Part shown: positions 18,767-28,628 of the stretch, piece by piece
How the letters are laid out: the number at the start of each line of letters is the position of its first letter
Numbering within the stretch: the stretch's first letter is position 1
Assembly (NCBI GenBank): GCA_038330145.1
Contig: JBBQNR010000001.1
Coordinates: forward strand, 10,500-74,499
DNA length: 64,000 bases
Reading direction: 5' to 3'
From: Solirubrobacterales bacterium
GTDB lineage: Bacteria > Actinomycetota > Thermoleophilia > Solirubrobacterales > JBBDJG01
Program-made: the position numbers and the translations under genes
Notes under the pieces: model-generated
Seen by the model: the letters and a program-made list of their open reading frames with translations, nothing else
The model's database searches: none
What the model was told of the DNA's origin: nothing

Positions 18767-19390
18767 CTGGCGGAGAACGAGGGTCACCAGGCCCGCAGAA
18801 GCGGGCACCGGTCGCTGATCGAGCTGGTACTGATCGTGGCCGCGGCGCTCGGCTTCGCGCTACTGATCCAGGCGTTGCTCGTGAAGCCATACCGGATTCC
18901 GAGCGAGTCGATGGTGCCGACGCTCGCCGTCGGCGAGAGAGTGCTGGTGAGCCGGATCAACTACCGCATCGGAGACCCGGATCGGGGCGATGTCGTCGTT
19001 TTCCACCCGCCAAAGGGCGCCGATGGCAACCAGTGCGGGGTCACCCACCCGCCGGACCAGCCCTGCCCGCGCCCGACCCCGACCCGCTCAGGGCTCAACT
19101 TCATCAAGCGCATCGTCGCCGTGCCTGGCGATACGCTCTCGATCCAGAACGGTCACGCGGTCGTCAACGGCAAGGTGCAGAAGGAATCCTTCACGAGGCC
19201 CTGCATGGACGGCGTCGGCCAGTGCACCTATCCGCGCGCGATCAAGATTCCGCCGGACCACTTTTTTATGATGGGCGACAACCGTGGGGAAAGTGACGAC
19301 AGCCGCTTCTGGGGACCGGTCCCAAGAAAATGGATCATCGGCCAAGCCTTCCTCTCATACTGGCCGCCCCGAAAGATCGGCTTCCTCTAA
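18767..19390 (+). CDS. lepB: Signal peptidase I
   Basis: IPSESMVPTL catalytic Ser box, GDVVVF, KRIVAVPGD and GDNRGESDDSR are present. The TM helix (SLIELVLIVAAALGFALLIQALLV) begins upstream of the first GTG (18836). The likely start is therefore an upstream CTG (18767, 18815, 18824 or 18830), and the 5' end is uncertain. Confidence 0.8.
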   Translation: MAENEGHQARRSGHRSLIELVLIVAAALGFALLIQALLVKPYRIPSESMVPTLAVGERVLVSRINYRIGDPDRGDVVVFHPPKGADGNQCGVTHPPDQPCPRPTPTRSGLNFIKRIVAVPGDTLSIQNGHAVVNGKVQKESFTRPCMDGVGQCTYPRAIKIPPDHFFMMGDNRGESDDSRFWGPVPRKWIIGQAFLSYWPPRKIGFL

Positions 19391-19442
19391 CGGCGCCGGC
19401 CGAGGCTCCAAGCCCCGAAGGCGGACAGCCCGCAGGCTGTTC

Positions 19443-20057
19443 GTGTTCGACCGGGCATTGGAGTCGCGCTACGTCGCCGGTGCCGACGAGGCCGGTCGCG
19501 GCAGCCTGGCCGGCCCGCTGGTCGCGGCCGCTGTGCTGTTCGACTACCAGCGGCTGACCACCAAGGAGGTTCGCGCACTGACGCGCCTCGACGACTCGAA
19601 GGTGCACGACGCCGAGGCCAGGGAGGAGCTCTATCCGCTCGTGGTGAGGACAGCGACCAAGGTCGCGGTGACCTCGCGTTGCGCGCGCGGCATCGACGAG
19701 CGCGGACTGCACGTGACCAACCTGGCCGCACTGCGCGACTGCCTTGCCCAGGTCGCCGTGCCGGGCACCGTCTGCCTCGTGGACGGCTTCCGCGTCGCCG
19801 ACCTCGATCACCGGCAGCAGGCCGTGATCGACGGAGACGCGCGCAGTGCCGCGATCGCGGCCGCGTCTGTGATCGCGAAGGTGACGCGGGACCGCTATAT
19901 GATGCGTGCCGCGGAGGAGCTGCCCGGCTGGCACTTCCACACAAACGTCGGCTACTCGACCCCGGAGCATCGCGACGCCATCCAGGAGCGCGGCATCAGC
20001 TCGCTGCACCGCCGCTCGTTTCAATCGGTCGCATACCAGCAGCTCGCGATCGAGTAA
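19443..20057 (+). CDS. rnhB: Ribonuclease HII
   Basis: GADEAGRGSLAGPLVAAAV catalytic motif, DDSK, and GYSTPEH. GTG 19443 is the first start after the lepB stop. The track ORF begins at 19284, inside lepB. Confidence 0.85.
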   Translation: MFDRALESRYVAGADEAGRGSLAGPLVAAAVLFDYQRLTTKEVRALTRLDDSKVHDAEAREELYPLVVRTATKVAVTSRCARGIDERGLHVTNLAALRDCLAQVAVPGTVCLVDGFRVADLDHRQQAVIDGDARSAAIAAASVIAKVTRDRYMMRAAEELPGWHFHTNVGYSTPEHRDAIQERGISSLHRRSFQSVAYQQLAIE

Positions 20058-20176
20058 ACGGCGGTCTCCGGAACCGCCATGCGGTGTCCTCGGTCGAGCC
20101 TGTACTGACCACGACAGGCTCTCTCTCCCTGTGTCCTTGCCTGGCGGCCCCGGTAGCCGCGCCGTTTCCTGGCGAC
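20056..20176. repeat. Copy A of an unclassified structured intergenic element (second copy at 36760-36875)
   Basis: About 80% identical to 36760-36875 over ~120 nt. It contains the hairpins ggcggt-ctccgg-aaccgcc and gagcctgt-actgaccacg-acaggctc. It fills the entire gap between the rnhB stop and the yraN stop. Confidence 0.7.
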
Positions 20177-20184
20177 TACTGTGG

Positions 20185-20571
20185 CTAGAACGCCGACTCG
20201 ATGTGCTCCATCCCCAGCAACCTGCCACCGGGTGACAGGGTCACGCCGATGGCATCGAAGCGCACGGTCCTGAAGGGGACGGTTCCCGAGCGCTCGCCCA
20301 TCCAGGCCCGTGCCAGCCTTCTGATCTTGGTCCGCTTCGCGTGCCTGACCGACTCGAGCGGATATGCCGGTCCTCTGCCACCAGGCCGTCGGGCGACCAG
20401 CGTCTTGACCTCACAGAAGACGAGCGTTTCCCCGCGGCGGGCGATGACGTCCAGCTCGCCTTCGCGCGTGCGGTAGTTGCGCTCGACGATCCGGTAGCCG
20501 CCGGCCTCGAGCCGCTCGGCGGCCAGGCGCTCGCCGATGCGGCCGATGGTGGTGCGGCGGTCTGGGGACAT
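20185..20571 (-). CDS. yraN: YraN family (UPF0102) endonuclease-like protein
   Basis: GERLAAERLEAGGYRIVERNYRTREGELDVIARRGETLVFCEVKT matches the family core. Confidence 0.85.
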   Translation of the reverse strand: MSPDRRTTIGRIGERLAAERLEAGGYRIVERNYRTREGELDVIARRGETLVFCEVKTLVARRPGGRGPAYPLESVRHAKRTKIRRLARAWMGERSGTVPFRTVRFDAIGVTLSPGGRLLGMEHIESAF

Positions 20572-20714
20572 GCGGCGAAGTTACGCATCCGCACGTCGCG
20601 GTTGTTGCAAGCAATGTCACTGATGTGTGCGGCAGCCGGCGGTTTCACAGACGCGTGCGTCGTTCGTTGCAGCGCTCGTGAGTTAGCTGAGCCGTCGCCG
20701 CCTACGGTCCGGCG

Positions 20715-22259
20715 ATGCTTGCTCGTGCGGCAACCTTCGCGCTGATCGGTGTCGACGCCGTCGACGTCACCGTCGAGGCGGACATCCATCCCGGCCTGCC
20801 CGCGTTCACGATCGTCGGCCTGCCGGACGCGGCCGTTCAGGAGTCGCGCGAGCGCGTGCGGGCAGCGTTGGTCAACAGTGAGTTCGAGTTCCCGTTGCGG
20901 CGGATAACGGTCAACCTCGCGCCGGCCGATTTCAGAAAGGCGGGTCCCGGATTCGACCTCGCGCTGGCGGGCGCCGTGCTGGCCGCCAGCGGTCAGGTGT
21001 CAAGCGATCCGCTGGACCGCTACGCCCTCTGCGGGGAACTCGGCCTCGACGGCTCGATCCGGCCGGTGCGCGGAGCGCTGGCGTTCGCCGACCGGGCGCA
21101 TCGGTCCGGGCGTGAGGGTCTGGTGATCGCGGCCGCCAATGCGGCCGAGGCCTCGCTGGTCGACGGCCTCGAGGTCGTGGGCGTGGAGACCGTGCGCCAG
21201 CTGGCAGACTTTCTCGCCGGCGGCTGGCGGCCGCCAAGAATCCACGTCGACGCCAAAGCGATGCTCGAGGCGGGGCATGAGCAGCAAGTCGATCTAGCTG
21301 AGGTCCGTGGGCACCACTCGCTCAAGCGTGCGCTGGAGGTGGCGGCGGCCGGGGGTCATCACATGCTGATGATCGGGCCGCCCGGCAGCGGCAAGTCGAT
21401 GCTCTCGCGCCGCATGCCCACGATCCTGCCTCCGCCGACGTTCGACGAGGCGCTGGAGGCGACGCGAGTGCACAGCGTCGCGGGCCTGCTCGGCGGTGAG
21501 GCGCTGATCGCCAGGCGACCGTTCAGGGCGCCGCATCACTCGATCTCGAGCGCAGGCCTTGTCGGCGGCGGCGTGCCTCCGTCGCCCGGTGAGGCGAGTC
21601 TCGCCCACAACGGCGTCCTGTTCCTCGACGAGCTGGCGGAGTTTCCGCGGCCCGCGCTCGAGGCGCTCAGGCAGCCGCTCGAGCAGGGGTCAATCTCGCT
21701 TACGCGAGCTCAGCGGACCGTCACCTTTCCGATGCGGTTCTCCCTACTCGCCGCCACCAATCCCTGTCCGTGTGGCAACTTCGGCGCCGCGAGGAGGGAA
21801 TGCAGTTGCCATCCGAGCGCAATTCACCGCTACCTCTCCAAGCTCAGTGCGGCGCTGGTCGACCGCATCGACGTCATGGTGCGGGTCGACCCGCCGTCGC
21901 GCCAGGAGCTGATGTCCGATCAGGCGGCGCCCTCCTCGGCCGAGGTGCGCGCCCGGGTCGTCGCGGGCCGCGCCCGCCAGAGCGAGCGCCTGGCCGGAAG
22001 CCGCGCTCGCTGCAACGCCGACATGACCACCGCGCAGGCGCGCCGTCACTGCCGTCTACCACGCGCTGCGATACGGGCGCTCGAGCTTGCACTCGACCGT
22101 GCTCTTCTGACCCCACGTGGCCACGGCCGCGTCTTGCGTGTCGCGCGCACGCTGGCGGATCTCGACGGGCGGGAGGGGATCGAGCGCAAAGATGTGACGG
22201 AGGCGATCGGATACAGGGATTCGCGCGTAGTGCATGCGAGCGAATGGATCGCCGCCTGA
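20715..22259 (+). CDS. comM: Mg-chelatase-like ATPase ComM/YifB
   Basis: N-terminal Lon-like domain followed by Walker A GPPGSGKSM and NGVLFLDELAEF. The C-terminal part of the protein is also present. Confidence 0.9.
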   Translation: MLARAATFALIGVDAVDVTVEADIHPGLPAFTIVGLPDAAVQESRERVRAALVNSEFEFPLRRITVNLAPADFRKAGPGFDLALAGAVLAASGQVSSDPLDRYALCGELGLDGSIRPVRGALAFADRAHRSGREGLVIAAANAAEASLVDGLEVVGVETVRQLADFLAGGWRPPRIHVDAKAMLEAGHEQQVDLAEVRGHHSLKRALEVAAAGGHHMLMIGPPGSGKSMLSRRMPTILPPPTFDEALEATRVHSVAGLLGGEALIARRPFRAPHHSISSAGLVGGGVPPSPGEASLAHNGVLFLDELAEFPRPALEALRQPLEQGSISLTRAQRTVTFPMRFSLLAATNPCPCGNFGAARRECSCHPSAIHRYLSKLSAALVDRIDVMVRVDPPSRQELMSDQAAPSSAEVRARVVAGRARQSERLAGSRARCNADMTTAQARRHCRLPRAAIRALELALDRALLTPRGHGRVLRVARTLADLDGREGIERKDVTEAIGYRDSRVVHASEWIAA

Positions 22260-23386
22260 AGGCGGAGCGAGTGCCGCCGGCCACCGGGTTCACGGCCTGC
22301 GACCGATGCCTGCGACGTTCCGCCCTGCTGGCGGCGATGGCGCACTTCGTCGCCCGCTCCCTGGACGCGAGCCGCAAGGTCCCGCTCCTGCTCGCGCTTC
22401 CCGACGATCAGTTCGTCGCCGCCGTCGGTGGAGAGGACAGCCGGCAGGCGCTCGGTGTGCTCCAAGGCTTCGACGCCGCGCGTGCTCGCCGCGACGCGAG
22501 CGACGCCGGTCTGGTGGCGTTGTGCCATCACGACGAGCGCTTTCCGAAGTGCCTGATACCGAGCGCCGATACTCCGCGCCTGCTCTATCTGGCCGGTGAC
22601 GTCCGCCTGCTCGGATTGCTCGACGAAACGCCCGCTGTGGCGCTGGTCGGCTCGCGCAGAGCGACCGGCTACGGGCTCGAGGTGGCGCACGCGCTCGGCA
22701 GGGAGCTGGGCGCCTGCCAGGTGCCGGTCGTCAGCGGCATGGCGCTGGGCGTCGATTCTGCCGCCCACGAGGGGGCGCTCGAGGGCGGCGGCCCGACGGT
22801 CGCGGTGTTGGCCGGCGGCGCCGACGTGCCTTACCCGAGCAGCAAGCGGCGGCTCTACCGGCGCATCGTCGAGCGGGGGCTGGTGGTCGCCGAGCTACCA
22901 CCGGGGTTCGGCCCGCTGCGCTGGTGCTTTCCCGCCCGCAACCGGATCATGGCGGGGCTGTCCGCCATGACGGTGGTGGTCGAAGGGGCCGCGGGCTCCG
23001 GCTCCCGCATCACGGCCCAGTTCGCCGCTGACCTCGGCCGTGAGGTGGGGGCGGTCCCGGGGCAGGTCACCTCACGACTGGCGCAGGGACCCAACGCGCT
23101 GCTGGCCGACGGGGCCTGCGTCGTGCGCAGGGCCACGGACATTCTCGATGCGCTCTACGGTGCCGGCCACCCGTCGGCGGGCGAGCGGCCGCAGCCGCGA
23201 CCGCTGCCCGACCTCGAGCCTCGCCTGGCCGAGCTGCTGGCCGCTGTCGAGGGCGGCGCCGCCAGCGTGGACCGGATCGCACGCTCGCCGCAGGAGACGG
23301 CGGAGGTGATGGCGGGCCTGGGCGAGCTGGAATTGATGGGCCTGCTGAGTCGTGCGCCTGACGGCAGCTACGTGCGCCGAGCGTGA
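22244..23386 (+). CDS. dprA: DNA processing protein DprA (Smf)
   Basis: LVGSRRATGYG...VVSGMALGVDSAAHEGAL...VVEG..GSGS is a DprA Rossmann core. ATG 22244 overlaps the comM end by 16 nt. Confidence 0.9.
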   Translation: MDRRLKAERVPPATGFTACDRCLRRSALLAAMAHFVARSLDASRKVPLLLALPDDQFVAAVGGEDSRQALGVLQGFDAARARRDASDAGLVALCHHDERFPKCLIPSADTPRLLYLAGDVRLLGLLDETPAVALVGSRRATGYGLEVAHALGRELGACQVPVVSGMALGVDSAAHEGALEGGGPTVAVLAGGADVPYPSSKRRLYRRIVERGLVVAELPPGFGPLRWCFPARNRIMAGLSAMTVVVEGAAGSGSRITAQFAADLGREVGAVPGQVTSRLAQGPNALLADGACVVRRATDILDALYGAGHPSAGERPQPRPLPDLEPRLAELLAAVEGGAASVDRIARSPQETAEVMAGLGELELMGLLSRAPDGSYVRRA

Positions 23387-23997
23387 GGAGTCGCCGCCTC
23401 GACAGCTTCCCGGTGCCCGTAGATCCTCGGCAGGAAGAACTGGAAGTTGCCGACCTCCTCGACGTTGTGCTGCAACCAGGCATTGCCGACCTCGAGCGGG
23501 AAGAGGCGCTTGCGCGCGAGTGCGTTCAGCAGCCGGCCGATCAACGGCAACCTGGAGCCGACGATCAGGCGCGAGCGGTAGAGAGTTCCTTCCGGCGTCG
23601 CGGTGAACGTGTGTTGAAGATCGGCGACGCGGATCCCGAACCGGCGCACGACAAGACGCAGCCCCGACTCGTCCATCTGCTTCACGCGTGCGCGCGTGCT
23701 GGTCACCTTGGGGCCGATGCGCTCCTGTATCAGCACCTTTGCTCCTCTGCTGACGCCGGGCGCACGGTCGAGCGGCCGTCGACGGATGGAGACGCGCACG
23801 TGATCGCGCGGATGCCAGATCCGGTACATCGACACCAGCTCGCCCTTCCACTCCAATCGCGCGAACGGGAAAACTCGAAACCACCACACCAGCATCTCCG
23901 GGGTCACACCCGCGATCAGCTCGTGTTCGATGCGGTACTCCGTGCGACCGTCGGGGAGCTGGTCGACGCTCGTGCGCGCGCTGGAGACGTCCTTCAT
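23368..23997 (-). CDS. Conserved hypothetical protein (possibly Bet v1 / DAPG-hydrolase-like; weak recollection only)
   Basis: A 209-aa frame with high GC3 contains GVTPEMLVWWF...YRIWHPRDHVRVS. It is the 3' 630 nt of track ORF 23368..24882, the rest of which is antisense to thiD. The start is uncertain, since upstream TTG/CTG codons are possible. Confidence 0.55.
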   Translation of the reverse strand: MKDVSSARTSVDQLPDGRTEYRIEHELIAGVTPEMLVWWFRVFPFARLEWKGELVSMYRIWHPRDHVRVSIRRRPLDRAPGVSRGAKVLIQERIGPKVTSTRARVKQMDESGLRLVVRRFGIRVADLQHTFTATPEGTLYRSRLIVGSRLPLIGRLLNALARKRLFPLEVGNAWLQHNVEEVGNFQFFLPRIYGHREAVEAATPHARRT

Positions 23998-24064
23998 CTC
24001 CCAGGTGATGGGCAGCGGGGGAGGTACCTCCAGGTCGAACAAGGCGCGACGTATTCTGACTGCG

Positions 24065-24898
24065 GTGAACACGACACGTACACAGACACCGCGAGTGCTG
24101 GCGATCGCCGGCTCGGACTCTGGCGGAGGGGCGGGCATCCAGGCCGACCTCAAGGCCTTTGCTCGCTGCGGGGTGCACGGGATGACCGCGATAACGGCGG
24201 TCACCTGGCAGAACACGGTGGCGGTCGACGGCGTGACCACGATTCCGCCCGAGGCGATTCTCGGACAGGTACGGGCGGTGGCCACCGATATCGGCGTCGA
24301 TGCGGTCAAAATCGGCATGCTGGGAACCGCCGTGACGATCGAGGCGGTCGCGACCGCACTCGACCTCCTGCCGGGGGTCCCGGTCGTGCTGGATCCCGTG
24401 ATGGTGGCCGAGAGCGGCGCAACGCTGCTCGATCCACCCGCCCATGATGCCCTTGTCCGGACGCTGTTGCCGCGCGCGACCGTCGTCACTCCCAATCTGC
24501 AGGAGGCCCGAGTGCTGAGCGGCCTCGAGGGCGAGGGCACATCTGCCGCCGACGCGGAGGCGCTTGCCCGAGCCGTCCGGTCCCTCGGCGCGGCGGTCGT
24601 CGTGGTCACCGGCGGCCACGACGACGACGACAAACAGGCGACCGACCTCTTCTTCGACGGTGAGCGTGTTGTGACGATCAGCGGCCCGCGTCGCGCCGCG
24701 GGCGCGTCGCACGGCTCCGGATGCACGCACTCCTCCGTGCTGGCGGCCCAGCTCGCGCTTGGGCTCGATCCGCTGGAAGCAGCTCGGGTGGCGAAGCGGA
24801 TCGCCGCCGAGGCGGTCCGCGACGGGCTGCGCGACCTCGGCACGGGTGCGGGGCCGGTCGACGTCATCGGGCTGCGCCGCATCCGGGCCGAGAGCTGA
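24065..24898 (+). CDS. thiD: Hydroxymethylpyrimidine/phosphomethylpyrimidine kinase
   Basis: RVLAIAGSDSGGGAGIQADLKAF...KIGML...GTGCT-like GSGCTHSS. Start uncertain (GTG 24065, or GTG/ATG at 24005/24008). Confidence 0.85.
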   Translation: MNTTRTQTPRVLAIAGSDSGGGAGIQADLKAFARCGVHGMTAITAVTWQNTVAVDGVTTIPPEAILGQVRAVATDIGVDAVKIGMLGTAVTIEAVATALDLLPGVPVVLDPVMVAESGATLLDPPAHDALVRTLLPRATVVTPNLQEARVLSGLEGEGTSAADAEALARAVRSLGAAVVVVTGGHDDDDKQATDLFFDGERVVTISGPRRAAGASHGSGCTHSSVLAAQLALGLDPLEAARVAKRIAAEAVRDGLRDLGTGAGPVDVIGLRRIRAES

Positions 24899-24923
24899 AT
24901 GCGCCTCTGACATAATCCGGGTC

Positions 24924-25172
24924 ATGAGGTTCCTGCGCTTGATGCCGGGCAGGGGAGAGGTCGTGCTGGCCGAGGGCGATCCCCAGCTGTCCGATGACGA
25001 GTTGAGGCTGGTGGAGGAGTTTCGTCGCCAGCTCGACCTGGGAATGTGGGCGGCCGTGCCGATCGAGCAGGGTGCGACCGGGCGCCGTGAGGCCGTGATG
25101 GTGAAGGACTTCGCCGACGTGCCGCGCGACGCCGAACGAGTGATCTTCTTTCCCCGCGCCGCCGGCGGCTAG
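24924..25172 (+). CDS. Hypothetical protein (82 aa)
   Basis: ATG 24924 lies inside track ORF 24759..25172, just after the thiD stop. The coding-like GC3 is the only support, and no family was recognised. Confidence 0.45.
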   Translation: MRFLRLMPGRGEVVLAEGDPQLSDDELRLVEEFRRQLDLGMWAAVPIEQGATGRREAVMVKDFADVPRDAERVIFFPRAAGG

Positions 25173-25201
25173 CGGTGCTGGGGCGCTAGGCCGCACGAGC
25201 C

Positions 25202-25861
25202 GTGTCGACGGCGGCGTTCAGCATCCTCGCGCTGATGGCGATTGCCCTTATCGCCTACATGGCGCTCGGCCGCGCGCGCGAGATGGTTCGCAGCCGGCCG
25301 CGACCGCAGCAAAGGCGGCCGGCGGGCGGCACCATCGACCCTGGCAGCGAGCGCCGCGCCGAGCGGCGGGCCCGGGCACTGCTGAAGTCGATCGTGAACC
25401 GGGAGGAGTGGGAGATGTACCGGGACCTTGGGTTCATCCGGGTCCTCGGCCAGACCCCGGACGGCCGCGACGGCCCGGCCGGGTACGGATACCTGATCTA
25501 TCCACACAAGCCGATCGTGGCGTACCTGCCCGAGTCCAACAGCCTGTTGAGCGAATACTGCGTCGAGTTCCGCGACCCCGAGGCCCCCTACGGCCCCAAG
25601 CTGCCCGATTCCGACGACGTGCTGGCGAAGTGGATGATGATCAAGGCCGAGGAGCACAAGCTGATCCAGGACGCCAACATGCACCTTCCCGGGCGACAGC
25701 TCGACCCGCAGCAGGTTCGCCGCGACCTCTGGCGGCTGGCGGAATGGGAGCGTGTGCGCAACCGCCCCTCCGCGCGAGTCAGCCGGAGCGGCAGAGACGC
25801 CGCAATCAAGGGCGGTGACATTGTCGCGGTGAACACGGTGTCGGAGACGCAGGCTCAATGA
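25202..25861 (+). CDS. Hypothetical membrane-anchored protein (219 aa)
   Basis: N-terminal TM helix ([19 protein letters not shown]) followed by a soluble domain. The stop overlaps the ilvD start (ATGA). Confidence 0.6.
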   Translation: MSTAAFSILALMAIALIAYMALGRAREMVRSRPRPQQRRPAGGTIDPGSERRAERRARALLKSIVNREEWEMYRDLGFIRVLGQTPDGRDGPAGYGYLIYPHKPIVAYLPESNSLLSEYCVEFRDPEAPYGPKLPDSDDVLAKWMMIKAEEHKLIQDANMHLPGRQLDPQQVRRDLWRLAEWERVRNRPSARVSRSGRDAAIKGGDIVAVNTVSETQAQ

Positions 25862-27531
25862 GGACCGACGTTCGCAGCCGCAGCCGCGCGCTGGTCGAGG
25901 GACCCGACCGCGCAGCCGCGCGTTCCTACCTCTATTCGATCGGGCTCAGTGACGAGGACCTGCAGAAGCCGATCATCGGAGTAGCGAACACGTGGATCGG
26001 GACGATGCCGTGCAACTTCCATCTGCGACGGCTGTCGGCGAAGGTGATGGAGGGAATACGCGAGGCCGGCGGCACGCCGATGGAGTACAACACGATCGCG
26101 ATCTCGGACGGCATCACGATGGGGACCGAGGGCATGAAGACGTCGCTCGTCAGCCGTGAGGTGATCGCGGATTCGATCGAGCTCGTCGCACGCGGCCATC
26201 TGTTCGACGGCGTGGTCGCGCTGTCGGGCTGTGACAAGACGATCCCGGGCACGGTGATGGCGCTGGCGCGCGTCGACGTGCCTTCGTTGATGCTCTACGG
26301 CGGATCGATAGCGCCGGGGCGCTTCAACGGCCGCGACGTCACGATCCAGGACGTCTTCGAGGCCGTCGGTGCCCACGCCGCCGGCAGCATCGACGACGAG
26401 GAGCTGTCCCGGCTCGAGCACGCCGCCTGCCCGGGGGCAGGCGCCTGCGGCGGCCAGTTCACGGCCAACACGATGGCGACCGCCTTCGAGGTGATGGGGA
26501 TCTCGCCCATGGGCAGCGCGATGGTCCCTGCGATGGACCCGCGGAAGGACGAGGTCGCGCGGGAGGCCGGGCGGCTGGTCATGAAGCTGCTGGATTGGAA
26601 CCTGCGCCCGAGCGACATCATCACCAAGGACTCGATCGAGAACGCGATCGCCGCCATCGCGACGACCGGAGGCTCGACCAACGGCGTGCTGCATCTGCTC
26701 GCCCTCGCCCACGAAGCCGGGGTCGACCTCGAGCTGGAGGACTTCGACCGGGTCAGCTCCCGCACACCCCTGCTCGCGGACCTCAAGCCGGGCGGGCGCT
26801 ACGTCGCGACGGACCTCTACCGCGCCGGCGGCGTGGCGCTGGTCGCAAACCGCCTGCTGGAGGCCGGGCTTCTGAACGAAGCCGAGCAGACCGTCACCGG
26901 TCGCACGATCGGCGAGGAGGCTGCGGACGCGGACGAGGCTCCCGGCCAGGAGGTGATTCGCCCACTCGACGACCCGCTCAAGGAGACCGGCGGCCTCGTG
27001 ATCTTGCGCGGCAACCTGGCCCCCGAGGGCTGCGTGGTCAAAGTGGCCGGCCACGAGCGCACCCTCCATCGCGGCCCGGCGCGCGTGTTCGAGTCCGAGG
27101 AGGAGGCGATGGAGGCGGTCACGGCCGGCGAGATCAAGGAACACGACGTGCTGGTGATCCGCAACGAGGGACCGAGTGGCGGCCCCGGCATGCGCGAGAT
27201 GCTCGCGGTCACGGCCGCGCTGGTCGGCGAGGGCCTGGGCGAATCGGTCGCCCTGCTCACCGACGGCCGCTTCTCAGGTGCGACCCACGGTCTGATGGCC
27301 GGGCACGTCGCGCCCGAGGCGCCTCGCGGTGGTCCGATCGCGGCGCTGCGCGACGGCGACGAGATCGTGTTCGACATCGAGCGCCGCAGGCTCGACGTCG
27401 ACATTCCCGAGCGCGAGATCTCTGCGCGATTGGAGCACTACGAGCCACCGCCGCCGAAATACGAGAAGGGCGTGATGGCGAAGTACGCCCGCCACGTGTC
27501 CTCGGCATCCGAGGGCGCGATCACCCGCTAG
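25858..27531 (+). CDS. ilvD: Dihydroxy-acid dehydratase
   Basis: PIIGVANTW...[13 protein letters not shown] and [11 protein letters not shown] motifs. 557 aa. Confidence 0.95.
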   Translation: MRTDVRSRSRALVEGPDRAAARSYLYSIGLSDEDLQKPIIGVANTWIGTMPCNFHLRRLSAKVMEGIREAGGTPMEYNTIAISDGITMGTEGMKTSLVSREVIADSIELVARGHLFDGVVALSGCDKTIPGTVMALARVDVPSLMLYGGSIAPGRFNGRDVTIQDVFEAVGAHAAGSIDDEELSRLEHAACPGAGACGGQFTANTMATAFEVMGISPMGSAMVPAMDPRKDEVAREAGRLVMKLLDWNLRPSDIITKDSIENAIAAIATTGGSTNGVLHLLALAHEAGVDLELEDFDRVSSRTPLLADLKPGGRYVATDLYRAGGVALVANRLLEAGLLNEAEQTVTGRTIGEEAADADEAPGQEVIRPLDDPLKETGGLVILRGNLAPEGCVVKVAGHERTLHRGPARVFESEEEAMEAVTAGEIKEHDVLVIRNEGPSGGPGMREMLAVTAALVGEGLGESVALLTDGRFSGATHGLMAGHVAPEAPRGGPIAALRDGDEIVFDIERRRLDVDIPEREISARLEHYEPPPPKYEKGVMAKYARHVSSASEGAITR

Positions 27532-27628
27532 TGCGAGCGGGCTGCCGCCTACGCGGGCTCTTTGGAACACCAGGCCGCCTTCGGCGGACAACCTAAAGGC
27601 GCGTGAGCCCGCTGCGCCGCTGCGGCGG

Positions 27629-28570
27629 CTACGCGGTCTCTTCTAGAAATTCTTCCAGCAGCGCGTTGAAGCGCCCGGGGCGCTCGACCATAGCCAGGTG
27701 GCCGGTGTCCTCGAAGATCACCTTGCGCGCGCCGGGGATCAGGCGCTCGTACTCGTCGGCGTCGGCGACCGAAACGATCTCGTCGTGGTCTCCCCACACG
27801 ATCAGCGTCGGGCAGGAGACGTCCGGCAGGCGCTCTCCGTAGTCGTAATCGAACATCGCCTCCAGCGCGTCGAAGAAACCGGGCTTGCCCGCGCCACTGG
27901 CAACCTCGTAGATGAGCTCCGGAGCGATGCGGTCCGGGTGTCTCACGACCCTGTAAAGCAGTCGACGGCGAAGGCCGGGCCGGCGTACGACCTCTTCGCG
28001 ACGCGCCACCGTCGCGGCGGCGATGAGCTGGAACATGCGTGCTCCGCGCAGCAACCTGCGGCCCCAGCGCTCGTGCCACTCATGCAGCGTCGGCCCGCCG
28101 GCGGCGTTGACGAGCACCAGCTTCTCCACCCGGCTTGGATGGCTGATCGCGGTCTCCGCCGCAATGAAGCCACCCATCGAATTGCCAACCACTGACGCCC
28201 GGTCTACACCGATCTCGCCCAGGAAGGCGTCCATGAAGCGGCCGTAGCCGGGCATGCTGATGTCCTCCTGCGGCAGCTCAGACTCGCCGAAGCCGGCCAG
28301 GTCGACCGCGATCACGCGGTGGCTGCGCGAGAAGTAGGGGATGTTCTCGAGCCAGTTCTGCCAGCAGCCCGCCAGCCCGTGTATGAACACCAGCGGCGAT
28401 CCGGTTCCCATCTCGACGTAGTTGACCCGGGAGCCGTGCACGACGAGCGAGCGCAGGTGCTGTCGCCAATCGACTTCCAGCCATGCGGAGTGGGGTGGGG
28501 ATCCGTAGTCATCCGGCTGCGGCACAGCCGAAGCAGTTCCTGGAGCTGGTCCTCGTGCGGTGGTCGTCAT
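27629..28570 (-). CDS. Alpha/beta hydrolase fold protein
   Basis: The HG oxyanion motif VFIHGLAG and the nucleophile elbow GNSMGG are present, with a C-terminal His in GHLAMVE. Confidence 0.85.
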   Translation of the reverse strand: MTTTARGPAPGTASAVPQPDDYGSPPHSAWLEVDWRQHLRSLVVHGSRVNYVEMGTGSPLVFIHGLAGCWQNWLENIPYFSRSHRVIAVDLAGFGESELPQEDISMPGYGRFMDAFLGEIGVDRASVVGNSMGGFIAAETAISHPSRVEKLVLVNAAGGPTLHEWHERWGRRLLRGARMFQLIAAATVARREEVVRRPGLRRRLLYRVVRHPDRIAPELIYEVASGAGKPGFFDALEAMFDYDYGERLPDVSCPTLIVWGDHDEIVSVADADEYERLIPGARKVIFEDTGHLAMVERPGRFNALLEEFLEETA

Positions 28571-28628
28571 CCGTCCCCTGGTAGCCAGTCTAGTGGCATG
28601 CCCGCGGCGGCCGCCAGCGAGGAGTCAC

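Noticed and set aside
21770-22243. 5' extension of the dprA ORF
   Set aside because: It overlaps the comM 3' region out of frame. ATG 22244 gives a normal DprA length.
23998-24925. Minus-strand ORFs of 504 and 617 aa (23368..24882 and 23072..24925)
   Set aside because: Upstream of 23997 these frames are antisense to thiD, whose motifs are unambiguous. Their translations are Ala/Arg/Ser/Pro-rich low-complexity sequence.
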